Shown here: in pieces, positions 21,818 through 31,371 of the stretch
Layout: each line of letters opens with the position of its first letter
Position numbering within the stretch: the stretch's first letter is position 1
NCBI GenBank assembly: GCA_963717365.1
Contig: OY970327.1
Span: 720,348-784,347, forward strand
Reading direction: 5' to 3'
Length of the DNA stretch: 64,000 nt
From: Candidatus Saccharimonadia bacterium
GTDB lineage: Bacteria > Patescibacteriota > Saccharimonadia > Saccharimonadales > 2-12-FULL-41-12
Position numbers and translations under genes: made by a program
The notes under the pieces: model-generated
Told to the model about the DNA's origin: nothing
Seen by the model: the letters and a program-made list of their open reading frames with translations, nothing else
Databases searched by the model: none

Positions 21818-22990
21818 CTATGGCTTACCATCGTCTACCTTAGCCCGTTCATGACGGCTTAAAGCTAACCTTGTGACGCTAGGCCACGACTTGAGTGGAA
21901 AAACCTGAAGCATTCTGGAGGTTATATTACCAGCCATTGCTGGATCTAGGCCCTGATTATCAATATAGTGATTGCGGAGTGCCCCAAAAGCTTCAGCAGC
22001 AGCTTGGGTTCGTTCACGAAAAGCTGGAGCTACCTCACCTGGGTTAAAGTATTGGTTAACAATTATATCGGTGATCCCTGCTAGTATCTTAACGACTCGC
22101 TCCGGTGGGAAATCCGGATGACCTCCCGGAACCCTTTCGTCCATCATAACCAATTGAGTAAAGTAGGCATCCAGCTCATCTTTATACAATTGTTCTTGGG
22201 GCGTGTCAGTGTTTTCTAAATTTTTTATGGCCTGCTTAAATAGTTTTCGCATGCCTTCATCCTCTTCAACCATTTTCATAGTACCCATAAAAAGTTCTCT
22301 GGTGTAAGCTTCGGTTGTTCCATTGTTAAGCAAGTGCCGATCCTCATGTAGAATAGACGCTTCGTAGTTGTCGTGCGCTGCTTGATTATCAGGCTCCTCC
22401 GGCCGAGCCACAAAAAGCGTAGGTATCGTATGTATAACCGACAACGGGATAGGACAGTAAAATGCCGTGGCCTGCCCCTTTCGCGGTCCCATCATTATGG
22501 TTTGCAGATGATCAATATCATCCTGATCTAGCTCAAACTTCAGAGAAGTAGGACCGTTTACAGCTTTTACGGAACCGGTTAGGTCTATTCGTTTTCCTAA
22601 GCTACCTAGTGCTTCGTGAAAAAGTCGGCTGGATAACTTAGGTCCAGCAGTTTCCCCTGTCTCATCGATTGTAGTAGGCTCTTCCTGTCTCATCGATTGA
22701 CGAGTTGCGCTCCAAAAAGAATTAATAGTGGCTTTACGCTCAGCCATATTCCTAGCACCACAGGCAAAAACTTTCCGGTATGGGGCAAGCGGGGGGTATT
22801 TATCGGCAATCTCAAGGGCGGCATCCGACCATTCCCAGGAATTAGCGGTTGTCATTACTTTAGTTTCAAATTCAATTTGGGCAAGAGCGTAGCTCTCCGC
22901 TACTTCAATAATGCCACCCCTAGGTATCGTTTCTGATTGTTCGGCGGTGATATCATTATTTTCAATTGGGGGACGTTCTGGTGTGGGCAT
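21818..22990 (-). CDS. Hypothetical protein with HExxH motif
   Basis: 390 aa; SILHEDRH and downstream DELDAY. Confidence 0.7.
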   Translation of the reverse strand: MPTPERPPIENNDITAEQSETIPRGGIIEVAESYALAQIEFETKVMTTANSWEWSDAALEIADKYPPLAPYRKVFACGARNMAERKATINSFWSATRQSMRQEEPTTIDETGETAGPKLSSRLFHEALGSLGKRIDLTGSVKAVNGPTSLKFELDQDDIDHLQTIMMGPRKGQATAFYCPIPLSVIHTIPTLFVARPEEPDNQAAHDNYEASILHEDRHLLNNGTTEAYTRELFMGTMKMVEEDEGMRKLFKQAIKNLENTDTPQEQLYKDELDAYFTQLVMMDERVPGGHPDFPPERVVKILAGITDIIVNQYFNPGEVAPAFRERTQAAAEAFGALRNHYIDNQGLDPAMAGNITSRMLQVFPLKSWPSVTRLALSRHERAKVDDGKP

Positions 22991-23168
22991 TTTTTCTCTC
23001 TCAAGGAATCCCTTGCCTGCTTCTATTTTGTAACCATATTTTTATATTTATATTTCATTACGCACATAATAGCACTATTTTATATATTTGTCAATTATAT
23101 CGTATATTTCTGAAGCATATCTGCCTTAAATGTTTGACTTATTCTATATTATATGTTAATATTTATAA

Positions 23169-24362
23169 ATGTCTATTGAAGCCGGCGGTGAGGTTGGTGG
23201 CTATAACCGCAGAGAAATACTAAAACTAGGTGCTGTATTTGGCGGTGGTGTTCTCACGGCTCAACTTGGCCCAGAAATTACTGGATTACCTGAAGTAAAG
23301 CCACATTATACTGAGGGCGATGTCATCCAGACTCCTATTGGCGATCTGGTAGTCGAGGGCTGGCAAGTTCAAAGAGCAATCAAAAAAACCGATGATCCTA
23401 ATGGTCTTGATGATTTCAAAATAAGTATTGTTGATGAGTTTGGTTCCAGCACTTATTTCGAAAAAAATGGTGGCTCGTATGTGCTTGGCCGCGGTAAATC
23501 GGGTAAATTTGTGGATGCGCTGCCCTTTTATCCGTCACCGTATGGAGACCCAGTTACTCTCATTTTAAATATGGGATCACGAGCAGTCGCCCACGCCAAT
23601 AGCGGTAATCCTACGGTAGCGTACTCAATAAAACCTAGGGTTTTCACTGAAAGCCAATCAATTGAGTATGGTTTTGTTCTTTCTCAGGAGCCAGTTGACC
23701 TGGGGCAACTGAAGCAGGTCGCAAATTTAAGAGAAGCCTTCCAGCCATTTGTACTGGGCCTTGCCCCAATCTATGTATTTGCCGATACAACAAAAACTGT
23801 CAAAGACGAGGTTATATCTGGTGGCAGCCAGGATTCCAGGAAGGGCGTCATAGAAATGCAGACTAGCGCTTTTACTAACCCGCTGTACGAGGGTGAAGCG
23901 CTTGGTACAGCATTTCACGAATTATCTCATGAATTTATTCGACATTTACTAGAAAATACCGCGGCTTATCCCAGTAGCGCAGATATAGTTTATGGTCTGC
24001 AAGGAGCTTATAAGCCAATAGCGGCAACCTATAAAGGCGAGTACCGCGCCGATACATTAGCTGGAATACTGACTGAATCCACCTACATACATGTTCCTGG
24101 TAAGCCTGTTGGCTCTTCTCGTGCCGGACATCCCCAGGATAATTTTAATGAAATGTTTGCCTCAACCATGACGATCATGCGCTTTCATACCGAACCATTT
24201 TTGGCTGCCTTTGATAAATTGAAGGACACCGACAAACACTTAATCAAAAGCTTTGTTCGCGCTACGTTTAACGCTTTAGCGGAAACGGGCGCTTCGGATA
24301 AAAAATTACAAAATCTACTGCCGGAGGCGGCTATAATTAAGCATCGTGTACTGGGTAGATAA
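23169..24362 (+). CDS. Putative secreted zinc metallopeptidase with twin-arginine-like signal
   Basis: NRREILKLGAVFGGG N-terminus; AFHELSHE and NEMFA motifs. Confidence 0.65.
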   Translation: MSIEAGGEVGGYNRREILKLGAVFGGGVLTAQLGPEITGLPEVKPHYTEGDVIQTPIGDLVVEGWQVQRAIKKTDDPNGLDDFKISIVDEFGSSTYFEKNGGSYVLGRGKSGKFVDALPFYPSPYGDPVTLILNMGSRAVAHANSGNPTVAYSIKPRVFTESQSIEYGFVLSQEPVDLGQLKQVANLREAFQPFVLGLAPIYVFADTTKTVKDEVISGGSQDSRKGVIEMQTSAFTNPLYEGEALGTAFHELSHEFIRHLLENTAAYPSSADIVYGLQGAYKPIAATYKGEYRADTLAGILTESTYIHVPGKPVGSSRAGHPQDNFNEMFASTMTIMRFHTEPFLAAFDKLKDTDKHLIKSFVRATFNALAETGASDKKLQNLLPEAAIIKHRVLGR

Positions 24363-24477
24363 CTTACAACACTTGGTAGCTTGGTAGGTAGCGGTACGAG
24401 ATTATTCGGAAAACTTTTATTAGTATCTCGGTTCTTTTTGCATAGTTACTAGAAATACTCTTCTTTCGGGGTCAATT

Positions 24478-25629
24478 TTATAGAGTTGTGGCCACGGCCT
24501 TACGAACTAAATAGTCATCCATAATTGTATATTCATCGTCATTACCGGGAATTGGCTGCCAATTATCTTCCGGGTATAGTTTATCTTCCTCATCACTATA
24601 GTACTCGGTAACGTCACACAAGAAACCGGTATTCATCTCAAGCTTGTTGCCTGGCCAGAGCGAAACGAAGTAAACCATAACCTGCTCTTGTTGAGTTAAG
24701 CTGTTGGGCGAGTCTTGGGCATCAACCGTGAGTTCATTGGCTAACTGTCTTGCATGTTGCTTAGGAATATGCCCGTTTACGGCATGCAATATATTTAGGC
24801 CAATTACACTCTCGGGTGTCAGGGCGGAGTTAATCTCAGGATATACAGCCTGAATTGTAGTAGTGTGTGGTTCGGCTTTCGGATTTGGATCAAGTAGCCC
24901 AAAAGTCCAAACTAGATCCGGGTTGTCACCAGGAACAGCTTCACCGGTTTCCTGCAACGTCTTAATATACTCCTCGCGGGTAACTAAAGCACCGGCTGTT
25001 GTCATATATCTTAAGCTATCGGTTGGAGACGAACCATAAATCGTGTCATCAGCCTGTGCGTCGGTATGTATAACAGGATCAAACGGGCTTGCACCACCCT
25101 TGATTGACCTGTATGCAACTGCTGCCTCAGCCATTCTTTGCCGGTGGGTCAAGTTCTGTCTGAAATCAATATTCATTGGAGCTGGCATTACTCGTGTGCC
25201 TGGATTAACTTCCAGAGCGGTTTGTAGTTTTGAAACTTGGTCTTCGCTTAGTTCCGGCATTCTATAGCCCAATTGTCCCCAAAATGCGCTAGTGATTTCG
25301 AGCTGCTCGCCAGCACTCAGAGGATGCTCAGTATCAAGGTAATTCTCGACGCGCCATTCCAGTAGCTCGCCCTGCATAGCGGCTTCATCACTGGTATTTT
25401 CGGCGGTTACGGCGGGCAGGCCAGCTCTTACTCTTGCTTCTGCCATCTGGCTTTCAAGGCCTTCAAGCCCAGCCATGAGCATATCGTCAGGAATATCGTC
25501 AGACATACCGGCCACGAAACGATTAGTCATCCTTAAATAATCTTGGCGTGCTCGATCTAAGTCGGCCATTGGATCACTGGAGGAGTCGCCTTCGTCGCCG
25601 GTGGTTTGTTTTGGCGCTTTTTCAGACAT
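24478..25629 (-). CDS. Hypothetical acidic protein
   Basis: 383 aa ORF with an upstream promoter-like sequence. Confidence 0.7.
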   Translation of the reverse strand: MSEKAPKQTTGDEGDSSSDPMADLDRARQDYLRMTNRFVAGMSDDIPDDMLMAGLEGLESQMAEARVRAGLPAVTAENTSDEAAMQGELLEWRVENYLDTEHPLSAGEQLEITSAFWGQLGYRMPELSEDQVSKLQTALEVNPGTRVMPAPMNIDFRQNLTHRQRMAEAAVAYRSIKGGASPFDPVIHTDAQADDTIYGSSPTDSLRYMTTAGALVTREEYIKTLQETGEAVPGDNPDLVWTFGLLDPNPKAEPHTTTIQAVYPEINSALTPESVIGLNILHAVNGHIPKQHARQLANELTVDAQDSPNSLTQQEQVMVYFVSLWPGNKLEMNTGFLCDVTEYYSDEEDKLYPEDNWQPIPGNDDEYTIMDDYLVRKAVATTL

Positions 25630-25911
25630 GGATGTTTGCCTTTTTCATAAATACTACTGTAGCATACTTTATGAAATATTGCAAGCATAAGCATACTCGT
25701 ATAAACCTTCCGACGACAGATTTAAATATCGAAACAATAGTGAAAACCTACTAACTTAGAAGCGTAAGTTTTTACTTTTTGTAAATTAACTTACTAGGTT
25801 TACCTGAATCTCATGGAAAGAAAAAAACAGAGCTACAAGATAATCCACGTCCTTAGTTAAGTTGTATGTACATTGTAATCAATAATTTTGATCGTGATTG
25901 GCTAGTAGCCA

Positions 25912-26484
25912 TTAACCTTGGGCAGCTTGGCGTGCTTCTGGTTGAGGATCAAAAATCTGACCTTCAATATAACGCAGGCTTTCACCAAGTGCATTATGCC
26001 CAATAGTTTGTGCAAGAAGCGTTAAACCATCTCTGGTTACGGTTATGTGTTCTTCACTACCTTCTTCTGCTACTGATATAGTCGGCTCTATAAGTTCGTC
26101 AGCCGTTCTAAGCCATATATCTGAAACATCTAGGCTCGTAAAAGCGGGGTCAAGACGAGCAACTTGCGCAGTATATTTATCAAACCTTACTCTAAAGCAT
26201 TTTATGTCTGGTAGTTTCCAGTTGTTAACAATAGTATCGCCGCTTAATCCTGAACTTTTATCAATAACGACAGCACCGCCAGAGACTTCTAAGTAATTAG
26301 CAACTCCTCTTGGCCTGACAGTAAGAGAAATTAGCCCGCTACTTTTTATAGCTTCTGCTACAAACTCCTTGCGTATACCTAATTTTTCTTCTGCTAAGCT
26401 AGGAAGTTCCGCTTTATAGGTTTCTCGTTCTGCGACAGCTTGTCTGGCTTCTCTATTTCGGCGTCTTTGGGCACGGGTAGGCAT
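25912..26484 (-). CDS. Hypothetical protein
   Basis: 190 aa; AAAGGA RBS. Confidence 0.65.
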   Translation of the reverse strand: MPTRAQRRRNREARQAVAERETYKAELPSLAEEKLGIRKEFVAEAIKSSGLISLTVRPRGVANYLEVSGGAVVIDKSSGLSGDTIVNNWKLPDIKCFRVRFDKYTAQVARLDPAFTSLDVSDIWLRTADELIEPTISVAEEGSEEHITVTRDGLTLLAQTIGHNALGESLRYIEGQIFDPQPEARQAAQG

Positions 26485-26501
26485 AATAATTCCTTTGAGA
26501 T

Positions 26502-26786
26502 TTAGGTCTGATTAAGCTGACCGTCTAATGATTCTTTCATTGCAACACTACCAATTACAGCACCCAGGTAGAATAAATCTGATTCTTTGGGATCTTCTGC
26601 TCCCATTCCCAAAAGAATTGATTCTAGCAATGCCCCGCTTTGAACATCATACTGTACCCTAGTTCCAAACTGTAAACCCCTTCTAAAATCACGAGAAAGA
26701 GGACTGATGTCTCTAATGACATCAACTAAATGGCCTTTAATTTCTAATGTAATACGGTCTTCACCGTCTCTTGGCAATTCACTCAT
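26502..26786 (-). CDS. Hypothetical protein
   Basis: 94 aa; TTGACA-17-TATAAA promoter shortly upstream. Confidence 0.6.
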   Translation of the reverse strand: MSELPRDGEDRITLEIKGHLVDVIRDISPLSRDFRRGLQFGTRVQYDVQSGALLESILLGMGAEDPKESDLFYLGAVIGSVAMKESLDGQLNQT

Positions 26787-26840
26787 AATAGTAAGTATTT
26801 ATACTATATCTTAGATGTGCTGTCAAAACCCAGAAAATCT

Positions 26841-27434
26841 CTAATGTGTGGGTTCTTGGCGAGTGAGCGGTTGGCGAACGAAAATCTCTCGCTGCGTGTA
26901 TACGCCATCATCTTCGCCTGGGCCAGGCTGGGCAAAGTACGGACCAGCTTGTTCTAAGTAGGTCTTAGCGGTTTCTAAGTCGCCGCAGTCAAGCCAAACG
27001 ACACTAGAGGAGCCATCAAGTGCATCGTTATCGTTAACAGTTTCTCGAATAGCAACTGAACCGACTGGTCGATCAGCAAGTGCTTTCTCGGGGTCTTCGG
27101 CATCCCGCATTCTCTGCATTAGCTCTGGGTCCCTTAACTCATCGTTGTGCCTAATAGTAAAACCGCCAAACTCCGGTGGACGATTTTCTGCACTAGCTTC
27201 GCGGTGTATACGAGCAGAACGGGTTGACGGCCACTCAAAGTCGCCAGTTACCAAACCTGCCGCAGCCATCGTGGCATAGGCTGCATCTGCGTGGTCGGTT
27301 CGGGCTTCACGGTTAGTTTGCTGCACTCCCTTTGTTGAAGCGTTGGCAAGCATCTCCATTTCATCTTCGTGATCCTCACGCCGAGTTGCGTGATAATCAA
27401 TTGCTATTTTCTTTTCTGACTCATTGGATGACAT
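26841..27434 (-). CDS. Hypothetical protein
   Basis: 197 aa; AAGGA RBS; its promoter -35 lies 6 nt downstream of the tRNA-Pro CCA. Confidence 0.7.
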   Translation of the reverse strand: MSSNESEKKIAIDYHATRREDHEDEMEMLANASTKGVQQTNREARTDHADAAYATMAAAGLVTGDFEWPSTRSARIHREASAENRPPEFGGFTIRHNDELRDPELMQRMRDAEDPEKALADRPVGSVAIRETVNDNDALDGSSSVVWLDCGDLETAKTYLEQAGPYFAQPGPGEDDGVYTQREIFVRQPLTRQEPTH

Positions 27435-27518
27435 AGTTATATCCTTACATTTTATCTATTTTTGTTTTTGTATCCTACGAACAATATTAGCATAAGTTGT
27501 TTATAATGTCAAGGTTCG

Positions 27519-27594
27519 TGGTCGGGGTGACAGGACTTGAACCTGCGACCTCACGGCCCCCAGCCGTACGCGCTACCAACTGCGCTACACCCCG
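27519..27594 (-). tRNA. tRNA-Pro(GGG)
   Basis: CGGGGTGTAGCGCAGTTGGTAGCGCG...loop CT-GGG-GG...GGTTCAAGTCC...CACCCCGACCA, 76 nt. Confidence 0.96.
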
Positions 27595-27697
27595 TTGTCT
27601 GTTCGCCTATCTGGACAGTCAACTAACGACTTCGAATTATAGCATAGCAACAGACATAATACTTTACATTATCAAATATTTGTGCTATAATAGAATA

Positions 27698-28624
27698 ATG
27701 TCTCATCATAAAAATAAAAACTTAGAATTAACTGTTATCGACGATAACGAGCATAATCAACAACTTGCACAGCCCGCCAATATGGCAGAGCAGATCCGAG
27801 CACGGATGTCCGAAGCGCCTGTCTTCCTCGATGACAACGAACAGCGGCTTGGCACCACCGCTTACCGGTACGGCGCCTGGCCGGCTACCCCGGACACCGA
27901 TGGCCGTATCCTGACCGAAGAAATCGTCCCCGATCAGGAAGTCCTCGATATGGATGGCGAACGGGATTATTTCAGTGAAGACGCGCCTTCCCAGGCACTC
28001 GACCGCTACATGACAACTAAGGTCTTTACGAACATCATGGAGAGTGATTTAGCTCCCGCGATCCGTGTGTTTGATTTTGTTGGAAGAGAGGATGCCCTCG
28101 ACGACAACGGCTCTACCCTGCTGGCGGCAAGTTATCCGAACGCGGCTACTTTTAACGAACGACTGGCACAGACCGGCAACGCCGGTCTCACCGTAGAAGA
28201 GTTAGCACAGGAAGATTATTCAAATCAGCGTGTAGTTGAAATGGTCGCCGAAGGGCGCCTGCCGGTGACCGACCCCACCACTATGGTCATGAACGCGCCC
28301 GTCTGGGCGTTACTCCCGCCCGAAGTCCACCAGGCACTGGGCGAAAAAGCCCGTAACTGCCTGGAATCCGGCGGCACCGACGTAAACCGGGTAGCCGGGA
28401 GTATTGCCAGTATGAATCTGCTAATTTTTGGTTCTAAATTAATCAATGCGGCCAGCGAAGACCAGCCTATCGATCCGGGATACTCTGAAATTGATAAACT
28501 TGGAGAACAGCTTAACCAATTATTACGCGCCCCAGGCGGAGAAGACCTTGAAGATCACGGCCGTGCACTGGCCGAACTTACCGTTGCCCACATCCGCAAA
28601 CTCGATGCCCTAAACACAGTATAA
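27698..28624 (+). CDS. Hypothetical acidic protein
   Basis: Track ORF 27497 overlaps the tRNA; ATG 27698 follows TTTACA-17-TATAAT by 6 nt. Confidence 0.75.
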   Translation: MSHHKNKNLELTVIDDNEHNQQLAQPANMAEQIRARMSEAPVFLDDNEQRLGTTAYRYGAWPATPDTDGRILTEEIVPDQEVLDMDGERDYFSEDAPSQALDRYMTTKVFTNIMESDLAPAIRVFDFVGREDALDDNGSTLLAASYPNAATFNERLAQTGNAGLTVEELAQEDYSNQRVVEMVAEGRLPVTDPTTMVMNAPVWALLPPEVHQALGEKARNCLESGGTDVNRVAGSIASMNLLIFGSKLINAASEDQPIDPGYSEIDKLGEQLNQLLRAPGGEDLEDHGRALAELTVAHIRKLDALNTV

Positions 28625-28746
28625 AATTAATATTTTTAGTCATTTATTTACTAAAAATATTGTCGAATGGAAAAGGAGGATCCCAAGGCTTTAGCCTTGG
28701 CTAAGGAGGAAAAACCCTAAGCGAAGCTGGGTTTTCCCTCCTTAAC

Positions 28747-28888
28747 AGCCGAGTGCGGCCGACGTGATTAACTTGGCTAAGATACCAAGTGGGTGATCGC
28801 ACATGGCGGCCGCAGCCCCCATAAATATTGATCTCCCAAATCACAAACTATTCAAGATAATCTAGTGTCGGTTATTCCGCTCTCGACC
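28747..28888 (-). ncRNA. ssrS: Probable 6S RNA
   Basis: Closing stem GUCGAG.GCGG..CCGAC / GUCGG.CCGC.CUCGGC; AU-rich bubble followed by UGAUUUGGGAG; CACCCACUUG...CAAGU on the 3' side, as recalled for Firmicute-type 6S RNAs; -10 TATACT just upstream and hairpins downstream (28682-28744). Confidence 0.72.
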
Positions 28889-28890
28889 TC

Positions 28891-29541
28891 TTATAGTATA
28901 CCAGTTGAAGACGAGCCAGACAGCAGAAAATCAGTTACTTCTCGGTTCAATTTAGATAGTAACTGACCAAGCGGTTCAAAGAACAAAATTAGGCCAAAGA
29001 TGATAAAGATGCCGTATTGTTCCAAGCTGGCCATGGCACGTTGCACCGGTTCCGGCGCGAAGGCATACAAAACGCGCGAACCGTCTAGCGGCGGGATTGG
29101 AATCATGTTAAAGACAAATAAGCCAACGTTAATTATCACAAAGATAACTAGGACACGAAGCAAGTCTATACCTAGACTGCCCTGGAACAAATTGATAATG
29201 CCGGCACCGGCGGCCGCTAGCAACAAGTTTGTAAACGGTCCAATAGCACCAATTAAAGCCGCGCCAAACTCATCAAATTTTACTCGGTTAGGGTTGAATG
29301 GTACTGGCTTGGCAGCCAAGATTGGCGTTTGAAAGAGTAGTAGCGTCATCATAGGCAATAACAGCGTCATTACCGGATCAACATGCTTAATGGGGTTCAG
29401 CGTAATACGCCCTTCCCGTTCGGCCGTATCGTCGCCCAACCAGTAGCCAGTGAAAGCATGCATAGCTTCGTGCAAGGTTATAGAAATAACCAACACAATG
29501 AAGACAATGGCAATAGTTACAAAATCTAGTGACGTAAACAT
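28891..29541 (-). CDS. Site-2 protease family (M50) membrane metalloprotease
   Basis: ITLHEAMHA, GRITLNPIKH, GPFTN, FNMIPIPPLDG. Confidence 0.92.
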   Translation of the reverse strand: MFTSLDFVTIAIVFIVLVISITLHEAMHAFTGYWLGDDTAEREGRITLNPIKHVDPVMTLLLPMMTLLLFQTPILAAKPVPFNPNRVKFDEFGAALIGAIGPFTNLLLAAAGAGIINLFQGSLGIDLLRVLVIFVIINVGLFVFNMIPIPPLDGSRVLYAFAPEPVQRAMASLEQYGIFIIFGLILFFEPLGQLLSKLNREVTDFLLSGSSSTGIL

Positions 29542-29658
29542 AGTTGCTTATCAGTATACCAAGCTTAGCGTTGTCTATATATGTTGACTTTTAAGGTGTT
29601 AGGGGTTACAATTAGCAACTGAAACTTCATAAATATTTAACCGAAAGTTAATCTAGCT

Positions 29659-29886
29659 ATGCAAAAATGCGACATTACCGGCAAAGGAAAGCAGTACGGC
29701 CATAACGTCAGCTTTTCGCTGCGCCGCACCAAAAAAGTCTGGAAACCTAATCTTCAGACTAAAACTGTCATGGTAGACGGTAAAAAAGTCCGCCTTAAGG
29801 TCAGCGCCGCTGGCATCCGCACCTTGAAGAAAAAAGGCCTGTTGATCACTCCAGCTGACGCCGCCCAAGCTGCCGCCCGTAAATAG
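29659..29886 (+). CDS. rpmB: 50S ribosomal protein L28
   Basis: CDITGK..YGHNVSFSLRRTKKVWKPNLQ. Confidence 0.95.
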   Translation: MQKCDITGKGKQYGHNVSFSLRRTKKVWKPNLQTKTVMVDGKKVRLKVSAAGIRTLKKKGLLITPADAAQAAARK

Positions 29887-29930
29887 AATCCAGTACTTAA
29901 TAGGGTATAGGGTTTGTTATATGACTTTAA

Positions 29931-29979
29931 GTACTATATCTCGACTTCATTAAATTTTAATGAAACGCCGATATAGTAC
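29931..29979. repeat. 49-bp palindromic repeat
   Basis: GTACTATATCTCGACTTCATTAAATTTTAATGAAACGCCGATATAGTAC, between convergent genes. Confidence 0.88.
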
Positions 29980-30018
29980 TCGAACATACCCGCGCGTCTT
30001 GAGCAGACAACAAAAATT

Positions 30019-30642
30019 TTATTGGGGAGTGACGACAACCAGCCGAGTACCCTCGCCCAGCTCAAAACTCTTCATTTTCACAGAGTCTATAGTCCCAGCT
30101 ACTTCCATACCCAGAGCTTTCACAGCATCATCCAAAGGTGTTTGCGGGACCTCAAACTTTAAGCCAGCACTATCGTAGTGAGTTGGTATAACAACGCGCG
30201 GCTCAATTTCTTTAATAATTTTTTGGGCGCCAATACCATCTAGGGTATAGCCATTGCCGCCGACGGGCACAAATAGAATATCGACAGTGCCTAGTGCTTC
30301 TAGCTGCACATCTGTAAGATTTGGGTGAATATGACCAGTTACAACAATGCGGAGACCGTCTACAATAATGCGGTACATAGTGGTAGAAAACTTGCCGTCT
30401 TCGTCCATATGGCTGCGGGCGGCAATTCCCTGAATGGATACATCTGATACTTCGTATTCGCCGGGTTGGTTAATAGTAAAGTGCGATTCGGCAGGTAGCG
30501 GCATATCGCCGGTTGCCAGCACGATATCCTTGGGCGAAGCAACACTTTTTCCTCCAAGTACCGCCAGATTGTCATCGATGACTATGCTGTTTTTTTTATT
30601 GGTAATTTTGATGCAGTTGGCACCATAGAAATATAATTCCAT
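30019..30642 (-). CDS. Metallo-beta-lactamase-fold hydrolase (degenerate metal site)
   Basis: PGEYEV, VDILFVPVGG, IEPRVVIPTHY; canonical HxHxDH is absent. Confidence 0.8.
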   Translation of the reverse strand: MELYFYGANCIKITNKKNSIVIDDNLAVLGGKSVASPKDIVLATGDMPLPAESHFTINQPGEYEVSDVSIQGIAARSHMDEDGKFSTTMYRIIVDGLRIVVTGHIHPNLTDVQLEALGTVDILFVPVGGNGYTLDGIGAQKIIKEIEPRVVIPTHYDSAGLKFEVPQTPLDDAVKALGMEVAGTIDSVKMKSFELGEGTRLVVVTPQ

Positions 30643-31337
30643 TATTTTTTAGCCATTCCTTTTGATGTTGTAGTGGCGGCTGCTTTTTTAGCTGGCGTTG
30701 CTGGCTGGGAGTCCTCGCTCGATTCGACTTCTGTCCCTTCATCCATTGTAGATTCGTGGTTAGCTAGCAAATCAGCTTTGTCTATAATTACTTGTTTCTT
30801 AGAAGCAAGCACCGTTAGTAAGAAACGGTCGTTGACCTGCCGGCGATATTCAAATTCTTTAGTGTCCATGACAGCATAGCGGATTGCTTTGCCTTCTTTG
30901 GTTTCGACGTCGGCAATGTACTTAGTCAGCTGAGTATGATTGATGTCGCCGACGACCAGAAAGTCGATACCACTTTTTTCGTCGCGAGTAAATTGTCCAG
31001 TATATAATGCCAGATCGATGTTGCCGAGGGCTTTCAGACCAGCCAAGGATTCGCTGGTTTCTTCGTCGCCAGTCACACCAGCGTCGGCACCAAAAATCTG
31101 CGACAGCGGCGCATAAAATTGGTACGACTTGTTAATTTCGTAATACAAACGGTTGGTGGTATCTTCTGACGAAATGATTCCTGCATTGAGCAAATTAGAG
31201 AGCTCCCTACGTACGGAATTTATTTGTTCATCAATTTTACGTGTAATTTCGCGCACATAAAATGACCGGTTAGGATTGCTATAAAAAAGTTGCAGTAACT
31301 TAACACGAGTTTTAGACCCAAAGAGTTGTTCAATCAT
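30642..31337 (-). CDS. wHTH + nucleotidyltransferase-like protein
   Basis: LFGSKTRVKLL...YVREITR..INSVRREL wHTH; IDFLVVG NTase-like strand. Confidence 0.8.
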   Translation of the reverse strand: MIEQLFGSKTRVKLLQLFYSNPNRSFYVREITRKIDEQINSVRRELSNLLNAGIISSEDTTNRLYYEINKSYQFYAPLSQIFGADAGVTGDEETSESLAGLKALGNIDLALYTGQFTRDEKSGIDFLVVGDINHTQLTKYIADVETKEGKAIRYAVMDTKEFEYRRQVNDRFLLTVLASKKQVIIDKADLLANHESTMDEGTEVESSEDSQPATPAKKAAATTTSKGMAKK

Positions 31338-31371
31338 TCTTCTATTGTATCAAAGATGTAGCAAACCCGTA

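Noticed and set aside
27497-27697. N-terminal extension of the 27497..28624 ORF
   Set aside because: It is the antisense of tRNA-Pro; a consensus promoter points to ATG 27698.
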